Positions 29,757-38,453 of a DNA stretch of 64,000 bases are shown in pieces (the stretch's first letter is position 1; each line of letters starts with the position of its first letter). A program made the translations under genes and the position numbers. This DNA is from an uncultured bacterium (GTDB lineage: Bacteria; Krumholzibacteriota; Krumholzibacteriia; Krumholzibacteriales; Krumholzibacteriaceae), in assembly GCA_965371515.1 (NCBI GenBank), contig CBDUYR010000011.1:1-64000 (forward strand). The letters are read 5' to 3'. Under the pieces are notes generated by a model, which had not been told where the DNA came from, did no database searches, and worked only from the letters and a program-made list of their open reading frames with translations.

Positions 29757-32189
29757 CTACTCCCCGACGTCCGACTGCTTCATAGCGACAATGCATGCGA
29801 GTCCTATCGACGCGAGCTTCGAGCGTGCCGAGTCTCCGCGCGACGTGAGGACTATCGGCACCCCCGCTCCCATTATCACTCCGGCGAGGTAGGCTCCGGA
29901 TGAGACGGTGAGCGATTTGTAGACGACGTTCCCCGCCTCGATGTCGGGCATCAGCAGTATGTCGGCGTTGCCCTTTATCCGGCCGGCGTAATGCTTCTCC
30001 TTCGCCGAATGAGGATCCATCGCGACGTCGAGCGAGAGCGGCCCCTCTACTATGACGTCCTCGCGTTCCGCGTATGCGGAGGCGAATTCGTGGGCCTCGG
30101 TCGAGGACTCGACGCTCGGTGTAACCGTCTCTACGGCCGAGATGACGGCGACTTTCGGCATCTGGATATTGAGATATCCGCAGACCGTCAGCGCGTTTGC
30201 GAGGATCTTGTGCCTGAGAGCGCTGCTCGGGTTGGGGATAAGAGCGGCGTCTGTGACCGCGAGGAGCTTCGGGTAGGTGGGGATCTGGAAGAACCCTACG
30301 TGGCTGTAGATCGAGCCCTTCTTCATCCTGCCGCTGCCCTTGAGATACTTCAGTGTTCCGCCCATTATCTCGGCGGTCTTCACACTCCCCTTCATCAGGA
30401 AATCGGCCTCGCCCGAGTCGAGAAGCTCGACCGCCCTGGCCACGGGATCGTCCGCATCGACTATTGCATAGTTATCGCCGTCGATCTTGATGTCGTATTC
30501 CCATGCCAGCTTGTTGATCTCGTAGTAGTTGCCGACGAGGAGGAACTTCGCGATCGGAAACCTGCCTTCCTCGTTAGCCTGCTTGGCTGCTGCCAGCGCG
30601 TCTTCGTTGTCCGCACCGACTATGGCGATCTTCGGCGCCTTGCCCTTCGCCACTATCGCGCGCGCGACGTACATCAACTCGTCGAGGCTCGTTACCGGTA
30701 CATTCTCGCGCCGGCGCAGATGCGGATGGGCGAAGATCTCGGTCGAGAAGAATTCCTTCTCATCCAGCCTGATCTTTCTCAACCCGTCCCTCTCGGTCAC
30801 GTAATCCTTCATCATGCCGGGTAGATGCTTCGCCCGGTAATGCCCCGCAACCATCGCCTCGTTCTCGATCGAGCCGGGGATGATAACAACTGGAAAATAG
30901 GGAAAGAGCTTCCGTTTGATCCGGCCGGTGAACTCTCCGCTTCTTGCAAGCCCGCCGGTAAGGATAACGAGGTCGATTGCACCTTCTACGGCGGCAAGCT
31001 TCATCACCGCTCCGGCGATCGATGTCGCCATGAAATCGATCACGCGCTCTATCTTCTCGCGCTGCCGGCCGACCGCGCCCGAGTCGCGGAAGTGTAGAAG
31101 CGCCCTGAAATCGTTCGTACCTGTCAGATCTAACATCCCGCCCGTCTTGAAGAGATAGCTCCGCAGTTCGGCGAGGCTGATCCTGTTGTCCTCGATCGCC
31201 CGGAAGATGATGTCGAGGGATATGCTCCCGGAGCGGTTCGCGCTGGGAACACCGGCAAAAGCGTTCACCAGATCGTCGACCTTCCCGTCACTGTGCCTCA
31301 CGATCGATACTCCGCCCCCGATGTGCGCACCGATCGTGATGAGTTCGTCACGCCTTTTGCCGAGTGCGGCGGAAGTGAGATCATGCACGGCGTTCTGGTT
31401 GAGGTAGTGCGCCCCGGAGCCGTCCCTGAGCAGCTTCGAGATGCCGGTGAGCCTCGCCGTCGTCGCCATCTCGTCGCTGGCGACCGGATCGGACATCGTT
31501 ACGAGGATATCCCGGCCCTCGGAGAACTTCTCCCTCAGCGCCAACCCGATCGTGATCCCCATGTTCGAGGCATGCTCGATCCTCGGCTCGGAGAGGTCAT
31601 CGACCATCTCCTTGACAACCTCGTATGTGCCGGTCGGAACGGGATCGACGAAACCGCCCCTGCAGGCTATTCCTGTAAGCTGACCCGGCTGGAGCCCGAG
31701 CTTCTCGAGCCACTGCGCTATCGAGCCGGCCCTTGCGTCAATGCCGTCCTTGAAATCGGGCGGCAGGTGGACCTCGTCGGAAGCGCGGAGGTTCAACCCG
31801 TTGAAGAGGGCCACCTTCGTCGACGTCGATCCGGGATTAATGCAGAGTATCGTCTCGCCCGATACATCGGGCATTTTGTCTTTGCCGAAGAGAAGCGATA
31901 TCATGATGGCAGGCCCGTCACCCGAGGCAAGTGTATACTCGATCAGCAGCGAGAAGAGGTTGCCCCATGCCTCCTCCCACGCCCTGGAGAGGATGGGAGG
32001 CTTGGCGAGGCGTATGACCTCGTACATGAGCCTGCGAAGCTCATCGTCGCTCCCGATACGGCCGTAATGGACCGTCTCCGAGGCCTCGAAGACCTTTTTC
32101 GATATATCCTCGGGGCCATTCGCCTCACCTATCGCATCTATCAGCGCCCCGAGCTCTGCCTCGACAATATTGAGATAACGTTCATACAT
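29757..32189 (-). CDS. Butyrate kinase - phosphate butyryltransferase fusion with N-terminal extension
   Basis: Buk motifs INPGSTSTK, CRGG, EHASNMG, DPV, AHIGGG, TGGLA, then Ptb motifs LMKG, TDAA, EGPLSLD, PDIEAGN and LTSRGDS, in one 810-aa ORF. Confidence 0.9.
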   Translation of the reverse strand: MYERYLNIVEAELGALIDAIGEANGPEDISKKVFEASETVHYGRIGSDDELRRLMYEVIRLAKPPILSRAWEEAWGNLFSLLIEYTLASGDGPAIMISLLFGKDKMPDVSGETILCINPGSTSTKVALFNGLNLRASDEVHLPPDFKDGIDARAGSIAQWLEKLGLQPGQLTGIACRGGFVDPVPTGTYEVVKEMVDDLSEPRIEHASNMGITIGLALREKFSEGRDILVTMSDPVASDEMATTARLTGISKLLRDGSGAHYLNQNAVHDLTSAALGKRRDELITIGAHIGGGVSIVRHSDGKVDDLVNAFAGVPSANRSGSISLDIIFRAIEDNRISLAELRSYLFKTGGMLDLTGTNDFRALLHFRDSGAVGRQREKIERVIDFMATSIAGAVMKLAAVEGAIDLVILTGGLARSGEFTGRIKRKLFPYFPVVIIPGSIENEAMVAGHYRAKHLPGMMKDYVTERDGLRKIRLDEKEFFSTEIFAHPHLRRRENVPVTSLDELMYVARAIVAKGKAPKIAIVGADNEDALAAAKQANEEGRFPIAKFLLVGNYYEINKLAWEYDIKIDGDNYAIVDADDPVARAVELLDSGEADFLMKGSVKTAEIMGGTLKYLKGSGRMKKGSIYSHVGFFQIPTYPKLLAVTDAALIPNPSSALRHKILANALTVCGYLNIQMPKVAVISAVETVTPSVESSTEAHEFASAYAEREDVIVEGPLSLDVAMDPHSAKEKHYAGRIKGNADILLMPDIEAGNVVYKSLTVSSGAYLAGVIMGAGVPIVLTSRGDSARSKLASIGLACIVAMKQSDVGE

Positions 32190-32292
32190 CCAGATGCCTT
32201 TCCGCGTATTTTAAAACCGTGCAGAGTAAAGGTATTAAACAAACTGTGCGCTTTCAAACACTTTCGGACCGGAAACGTAAATATAACTCTCT

Positions 32293-33441
32293 TTACACGA
32301 AAATCGGACGGATCTCGCCCCGGTACCATTCGATCAGCGCCTCGGAGCGCTCCCTGATCTCATCATGCGCCTTCCCCGTGGTGTATACATGCATGTCCCT
32401 CAAGTCGGACCCTGCGATCGAGGGATCGCCGAGGAGGACGCCGCCGAGCGCGCCTCCGTATCCTCCATCCATCTCCCTCCCTGCCAGCTCGGCAAAAAGG
32501 AGGGTCCAGCCGCGGACCGTGTTCCCGATGTTGTACCCTCCGCCTCCGAGCGCCGCGATCCTGGGGAACCGCGAGCGGAGCATCGCGATTGCATCGATAT
32601 AGCCGTTGTTCGTCATCTTCAGATGCGTCAGGGGGTCGGTAGCGAATGTATCGGTCCCGAACGTCCCCACTATGACCTCGGGCGAGAAGAGGCCGAGCGC
32701 GTCCATCACGATCTCGGAGAAGAGGAACATGAAGACGTTGTCGTCTGTCTCTGGCTCGAGCGGGATGTTGATGTTGTACCCTCTCGCGTTTTCCGCTCCC
32801 GTCTCCCTCTCGAACCCACCCCACGGGAAGAGTGTCCTCCCCGACTCGTGGATCGATACGCACAGGAGCTCCGGATCGTCGTAGAAGGCATCCTGAACCC
32901 CGTCGCCGTGATGAGCGTCGATGTCGACGTAGGCGACCCTCAACCCTTTACGCCTCAATTCGAGGATCGCGATCACGGCGTCGTTGACGTAGCAGAAGCC
33001 CGAAGCCCTGTCGCGGTGCGCGTGATGAAAACCCCCGCAGGGGTTGAACCCTGACCCTCCGGCGGCCGCGGCCCTCGCCGCCCTGACACTCGCCGTCGCG
33101 GCGAGCTTCGAGTATGTATGCACGCCTTTGAAGACCGGATTCTCGGCGTTGCCGAGGCCGTGGTGGAGCATCTCGACATCGACCTCGCGTCCGCTCTCCG
33201 CCCTCTCGAGGAGGGCGATGTACCCGGGGGTGTGGAAGGTCTCGAGCAGCCCGTCTTCAGGCTCGGCAAATTCTTCGACGCGCACACCGTCACCTGTCAG
33301 CAGGCCGCGATCGGCACACATATCGAATGTGAGCCTCGCCCGCTCGGGCTTGAACGGATGGTCGGGGGAGAGCTCGAACCCGGCGAGCGCCGGCGAATAA
33401 ACAAATACCGCATCTGTATCTCTGCCTGTCCCGGCGCTCAT
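32293..33441 (-). CDS. acuC: AcuC-like Zn-dependent deacetylase (histone deacetylase family)
   Basis: HPFKPER, GGFHHA, SGFCYVND, DIDAHHGDG, DPL and GGGGY; start overlaps the upstream stop (ATGA). Confidence 0.93.
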   Translation of the reverse strand: MSAGTGRDTDAVFVYSPALAGFELSPDHPFKPERARLTFDMCADRGLLTGDGVRVEEFAEPEDGLLETFHTPGYIALLERAESGREVDVEMLHHGLGNAENPVFKGVHTYSKLAATASVRAARAAAAGGSGFNPCGGFHHAHRDRASGFCYVNDAVIAILELRRKGLRVAYVDIDAHHGDGVQDAFYDDPELLCVSIHESGRTLFPWGGFERETGAENARGYNINIPLEPETDDNVFMFLFSEIVMDALGLFSPEVIVGTFGTDTFATDPLTHLKMTNNGYIDAIAMLRSRFPRIAALGGGGYNIGNTVRGWTLLFAELAGREMDGGYGGALGGVLLGDPSIAGSDLRDMHVYTTGKAHDEIRERSEALIEWYRGEIRPIFV

Positions 33442-35303
33442 CCCTGCTCCTCGCCGGTGAACCATATCTCGAGATAGTAGGCGCCATCCTCCAGCTTCGT
33501 CTTTACAGGAAACCTGCTCTTGTGGAAGACGTACATCATCTTCCTGTTCTGCGCGAGCACCTCGGCCTTGAACCCGCTGATACCCCTCTTTATCGCGATG
33601 TCGGTCATCTTATTGAAGAGGTATGTCCCGATCCCCCTCTTCTGCCAGTTGTCACCCACAAGGAAGGCTATCTCGGCGAGATTGTCTGCTGGATCGATCT
33701 TGTACCGTCCGACGGCTACCATCTCCTCCTCGCCCGGTTCGCCGACGAAGCCCGCTATCGCCATCTCATCGCGGTAGTCGATATTGACCAGCGGCTGCAT
33801 CTTCTCGTGGGGCATCGCCTTTACGATATTGAAGAACCGGTAGTAAATGGTCTCGTCGCTGAGACTGTAGAAGAACTCCCTTCCGAGATCCTCGTCGGAG
33901 GGCTTGATCGGCCTGAAGAAGACATCGATGTCACCGAGAACGGCCGTCTCCTCGAACTCTTCCGGATAATATTTCCCCGAGGTCATCGGCATCTGGTCCA
34001 TGTGGACCAGGTTCCTCTTCCTCGCGTAGTCGATCAGCTCGTTCCTGAAATCGGGATGGGCTATGTCGATCAGCGCCAGCGCCCTCTCGCGGAGGTTCCT
34101 CCCGTGGAGGTCGACGATACCGTACTCTGTGGCGATGTAATGAACGTCGCCCCTCGATGTTACCACACCCGCTCCCTGGTCGAGGAAGGGGACTATCCTC
34201 GAGACCGTTCCACCCTTCGCCGTAGAAGGCAGGACGATCACCGGCTTGCCGCCCTTCGATCGGGCCGCGCCCCGCACAAAATCGACCTGTCCGCCGATCC
34301 CCGAGTAGAAGTACTCGCCGATAGAGTCGGCGCAGACCTGGCCGGTAAGGTCGACCTGGATGGCGGCGTTGATCGAGATCATCTTCTCGTTCTTCGCGAT
34401 GACGAACGGATCGTTCGTGTAGTCGCACGGATGGAACTCGATCAGCGGGTTGTCGTTGACGAAGTCGTAGAGCCTCTGAGTCCCCATGCAGAACGTGGCG
34501 ATTATCTTGCCGTTGTGCAGCGTTTTCTTCCTGTTCGTGATGACGCCCGCTTCGACGAGATCGATGACACCGTCGGAGAACATCTCCGTATGCAGGCCCA
34601 GGTCGTTTTTGTCAGTCAGGTGCGAGAGGATCGCATTGGGGATCATTCCGATCCCCGCCTGAATCGTCGCCCCGTCGCCGATCAGCCTCGCCACATTCTG
34701 GCCTATTCTCATGGCCACTTCGTCGGGCTCGGGTGGAGACCACGTGATCAGGGGCAGGTCGCTCTCTACGATATAATCTATATCCTTCAGATGCACGAAG
34801 CAGTCGCCGAGTGTTCGGGGCATCTGTTTGTTGACCTCTGCGATCACGATCTCGGCCACATCCGCCCCCGCCTTGACAACGTCGACCGAGACTCCGAGCG
34901 AGCAGTACCCGTAACGGTCGGGCGGCGCGACCTGGATGAACGCGACGTCGATCTTAAGCCTGCCCGACCTGATATGGTCGGGGAGTTCGGAGAGGAATAT
35001 CGGTGTATATTCGGCCCGGCCCTCGTTGACCGCATCCCTGACGTTCGGTCCGATAAAGAACGCGTTCTGTTTGAACGGCCGGCTCAGCACCGCCTCGGTA
35101 TAAGGGGTGGTTCCAAGCTCGATGACATTGATAGTCTCGTGATCGGCTATTAACCGGTCCTTCTCGATCAGCATCTCGATCAGGCGCTGCGGTTCGGCCG
35201 CGCCCGAGCCTATGAAGATCCTGCTGCCCGCCTTTATCAGCTTGACGATGTCATCGATCTCCCGGAGCTTCTTTCCGTACATCTCCTCGACATGGCCGCC
35301 CAT
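33438..35303 (-). CDS. Acetyl-CoA hydrolase/CoA-transferase fused to a C-terminal GNAT acyltransferase
   Basis: Cat2/ACH1-type motifs (CSLGVSVD, QAGIG, HTEMFSDG with catalytic Glu, SGIGGQVDFVRGA, TEYG) plus GNAT motif A WQKRGIG. Confidence 0.92.
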   Translation of the reverse strand: MGGHVEEMYGKKLREIDDIVKLIKAGSRIFIGSGAAEPQRLIEMLIEKDRLIADHETINVIELGTTPYTEAVLSRPFKQNAFFIGPNVRDAVNEGRAEYTPIFLSELPDHIRSGRLKIDVAFIQVAPPDRYGYCSLGVSVDVVKAGADVAEIVIAEVNKQMPRTLGDCFVHLKDIDYIVESDLPLITWSPPEPDEVAMRIGQNVARLIGDGATIQAGIGMIPNAILSHLTDKNDLGLHTEMFSDGVIDLVEAGVITNRKKTLHNGKIIATFCMGTQRLYDFVNDNPLIEFHPCDYTNDPFVIAKNEKMISINAAIQVDLTGQVCADSIGEYFYSGIGGQVDFVRGAARSKGGKPVIVLPSTAKGGTVSRIVPFLDQGAGVVTSRGDVHYIATEYGIVDLHGRNLRERALALIDIAHPDFRNELIDYARKRNLVHMDQMPMTSGKYYPEEFEETAVLGDIDVFFRPIKPSDEDLGREFFYSLSDETIYYRFFNIVKAMPHEKMQPLVNIDYRDEMAIAGFVGEPGEEEMVAVGRYKIDPADNLAEIAFLVGDNWQKRGIGTYLFNKMTDIAIKRGISGFKAEVLAQNRKMMYVFHKSRFPVKTKLEDGAYYLEIWFTGEEQG

Positions 35304-35515
35304 CGCGAACCTCCGCCTTTATCATGCTCATAATGATCATTCAATGCACGCTGACATAATGAACGACGAGACACCCGGACGCAAGCACGTCCGTCACGGC
35401 AATCCCCTTTATGGGCAACACCGACGTTTGGGGGTAGCGCAATATCCGTATTTTTAATAGATTCAGGGTGAATGGCATCAACGGGAAATCCGCCGCTCCG
35501 AAGGGAGAATAATAA

Positions 35516-36451
35516 ATGAGCAGGATCTTCGGCCCCGTGCCGTCAAGAAGGCTGGGAAGATCGCTCGGCGTCGACGTCGTGCCGTACAAGACGTGTACCT
35601 TCAACTGCATCTACTGCGAGTGCGGGGCGACGACCGACCTCACCTGCGAACGGAGGGAATTCTTCCCCCTCGAGGAGATACTCGACGAGTTCCGCGACTC
35701 CATCGCCGAGATCCCCACACCCCCCGATGTGGTCACCCTATCCGGTGCGGGCGAACCGACCCTCTACAGCAGGCTCGGAGAACTGATCGACACGATCAAG
35801 ATGTCGACCGGGATACCGGTGGCAGTCATCACAAATTCGTCCCTTCTCTTCATGCCCGAGGTGAGAGAGGAGCTCGGACGAGCTGACATCGTACTCCCCT
35901 CACTCGACACCGCTCTCGCCGGACCGTTCTCGAGGATGAACAGGCCGCACGGGTCGATCACTCTCGAAAGAATGATCGAGGGGCTCGGCATCTTCCTCGA
36001 CGAATACCGCGGGAAGGTACTGTTCGAGATCCTCCTCCTTGATGGTTACAACACCGACGACGAGGATCTGGAAGCGCTCGCCTCGTTCCTCGGCAGGTAC
36101 CGGGTCGACTCGATCCAGCTCAACACCGCCGTACGTCCGGGCACCGAGGACGGGATCGTCCCGCTGTCGCGCAAACGGCTCGAAGGCATCTGCGGATCGT
36201 TCGGACCGCGATGCGAGATCGTCGCCTCGGTCGGAACGAGAGCAAGCCACGAGGAATTCGCGTCTGCAGACCGCATACTTTCAATGATCGAGAGACGGCC
36301 CTGCACCGCTGAGGACATCCACAGAGCGCTCGGGGTCCCGATCCAGGGAGTCGTCAAGCTCCTCGGTATCATGATCGAAAAGGGTTCTGTCAGGTCGGAT
36401 GTCCACGACGGCGAGACATTCTACACCGCCAGTGAGAGAAACAGCGGATGA
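35516..36451 (+). CDS. Radical SAM protein (COG0731-like) with C-terminal wHTH-like tail
   Basis: FGPVPSRRLGRSLG, CTFNCIYC, SGAGEPTL and ITNSSL. Confidence 0.9.
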   Translation: MSRIFGPVPSRRLGRSLGVDVVPYKTCTFNCIYCECGATTDLTCERREFFPLEEILDEFRDSIAEIPTPPDVVTLSGAGEPTLYSRLGELIDTIKMSTGIPVAVITNSSLLFMPEVREELGRADIVLPSLDTALAGPFSRMNRPHGSITLERMIEGLGIFLDEYRGKVLFEILLLDGYNTDDEDLEALASFLGRYRVDSIQLNTAVRPGTEDGIVPLSRKRLEGICGSFGPRCEIVASVGTRASHEEFASADRILSMIERRPCTAEDIHRALGVPIQGVVKLLGIMIEKGSVRSDVHDGETFYTASERNSG

Positions 36452-36554
36452 GCGTCAGCCCGAATCTGCTGTTTATCGAATGAGAAAAGCATTAAATTTT
36501 CAGAGTAAGCCCCGACAGGCCCCACCCGGCCCGCCCCCTGAGGAGATACAGGTC

Positions 36555-38333
36555 ATGAACCGTCACAGATACATCACTAAAAGCATATTCGGCATCGTCA
36601 TCCCCTTGATCGCCGCGCTGACTTTATCGTCGTGCGGGAACGACAACACGGCCGTCCCCGGTATTGAAACCGGTCCGGAAGGCTGGTGGCGGATCGAGAC
36701 GACGGTAAGGATACTGAGGGGCGTATACGATCCCGGGACGGGCGGAGCTATCGCCGTCGGCGACGGAGGTATGATCATGCGCAGGGACGCAGGGGGCTGG
36801 ATCTCCATGGACAGCCCCGTTACGGCCTCACTCAACGCAATATACGGTTCTTCTGGAAGCGACATCTGGGCGGCAGGCAACAGCGGCGTCATCGTCAATT
36901 ACGACGGGATATCCTGGAACACGACCAACTCGGTGACCACAGCCGATCTCAACTGCATCTTCGGCTTTCCCGGCGGCGTGATCTTCGCCGCGGGGGACGA
37001 CGGGACCGTGATCCGATACGACGGGATGTCATGGTCGGTTATGCCGACCTTTTTCGAGGACGATATATACGGGATCTGGGGCACATCGCCCCAGGACGTG
37101 ATCATAGTCGGCGACGCGGGCCTCCTCATGAAATACGACGGCGGCGGCTGGGTGGAGATGTACGGCGGCGGCGGCCGCTACTTCAGGGGAATCTGGGGAA
37201 TGCCGGGCGGCGACATCTTCGCTGTCGCACTCTACGGCGATATGATGAGGTTCGACGGAACTGCCTGGTCGGCCGAGGACAGCGGCACGAGCGAGCACCT
37301 TCTCGCAATCGATGGACTGTCGGCCGATTCGATATTCGTTGTCGGCGACCACGGAACGGTCCTTTTCTTCGACGGGACCTCGTGGGGACTCTACCCGCAG
37401 GTCCAGCCAGACATGAGCAAGCTGAACGCTGTCCACCTGGCCGATCCCGGATCAGGAATCGCGGTGGGAGTCCAGGGCGACATCCTGGAGTTCGACGGCT
37501 ATTACTGGACGACGGTCTCGAACCCGTTCTCGGAGCACCTCTTCGGAGTATGGAGCAACGAGATCGAGGGCGTTTTCGCCGTCGGCAGCTCGGGCTCGAT
37601 CCTTCGCAAGACGGCCGGCAGATGGAATGCGATGTCGTACGGGGGAACCCAGCAGCTCTATACGATCCACGGCCTTCCGGAGGGCGATATACTCTCGGCT
37701 GGACAGATCGGCATTCTGATAGAGTTCGACGGCACTGGATGGGCTTCAACGCAGCTTCCCCTGGGCTGGCAGATAAACTCCCTGTGGGGATCGTCCCGCA
37801 GCGACATATACGCGGTCGGGTCGGTCGTGTCGGTCGGCCTCGTAGCGCATTTTGACGGATCCTCCTGGGAAAAGCTTCCCACTCTGACCTATAAACGGAT
37901 ATGGGACATATGGGGCTCCGGGCCGAACGATGTCTTTGTCGTCGGCGGCGGCGGTTCGATATTCCATTACGACGGCGCCGAATGGGATACAATGGCAACC
38001 GTCACGCCTCACGCCCTCTATGGAGTATGGGGAAGCGGGCCGACCGACGTGTTCGCCGTTGGATCCATCGGCACGATCGTCCACTATGACGGGATCGAAT
38101 GGTCGGCGATGCAGGGCGGAACGTCCAGACCACTTTACGCGGTCTGGGGCAGCGGACCGGACGATGTCTTCGCCTGCGGGGAATACGGAGAGGTCCTCCA
38201 CTACGACGGCAGCGAATGGGAAAAACTCGATTCGGGAGTATCGGTTCACCTTCGCTCGATCTCAGGACTGTCCGGCGAGGACGTCTATGCCGTTGGTTCC
38301 AACGGCACGATCATCCACTACGCGATTCACTGA
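36555..38333 (+). CDS. Lipoprotein made of 14 beta-propeller-type repeats
   Basis: Lipobox LSSC; 14 repeats of about 39 aa, W-x9/10-L-x2-(V/I)WG-x4-(V/I)(F/Y)AVG-x2-G-x-I-x2-YDG; ATG 36555 after AGGAG. Confidence 0.85.
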   Translation: MNRHRYITKSIFGIVIPLIAALTLSSCGNDNTAVPGIETGPEGWWRIETTVRILRGVYDPGTGGAIAVGDGGMIMRRDAGGWISMDSPVTASLNAIYGSSGSDIWAAGNSGVIVNYDGISWNTTNSVTTADLNCIFGFPGGVIFAAGDDGTVIRYDGMSWSVMPTFFEDDIYGIWGTSPQDVIIVGDAGLLMKYDGGGWVEMYGGGGRYFRGIWGMPGGDIFAVALYGDMMRFDGTAWSAEDSGTSEHLLAIDGLSADSIFVVGDHGTVLFFDGTSWGLYPQVQPDMSKLNAVHLADPGSGIAVGVQGDILEFDGYYWTTVSNPFSEHLFGVWSNEIEGVFAVGSSGSILRKTAGRWNAMSYGGTQQLYTIHGLPEGDILSAGQIGILIEFDGTGWASTQLPLGWQINSLWGSSRSDIYAVGSVVSVGLVAHFDGSSWEKLPTLTYKRIWDIWGSGPNDVFVVGGGGSIFHYDGAEWDTMATVTPHALYGVWGSGPTDVFAVGSIGTIVHYDGIEWSAMQGGTSRPLYAVWGSGPDDVFACGEYGEVLHYDGSEWEKLDSGVSVHLRSISGLSGEDVYAVGSNGTIIHYAIH

Positions 38334-38453
38334 CAGGAATACTGCCGCTCGAGATATAGTGTTGCCTCGAACACGCCTCATCTTCTAGAATCGCCGGGAA
38401 ATCCATTGACGAAGAACGTCCCGGCCGGGACGGCCGAACCGAAAGGAGCAGGA

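Noticed and set aside
35516..36451. Radical SAM gene as a RiPP maturase or AmrS partner of the MEMO1-like gene
   Set aside because: No SPASM cysteines or precursor peptide were seen; it matches a stand-alone family and lies about 18 kb from the MEMO1-like gene.
36399..36554. N-terminal extensions of track ORFs (also 4219-4353, 27809-27958, 45904-45999)
   Set aside because: Downstream starts have better SD sequences and put signal peptides or domain starts at the N-terminus.
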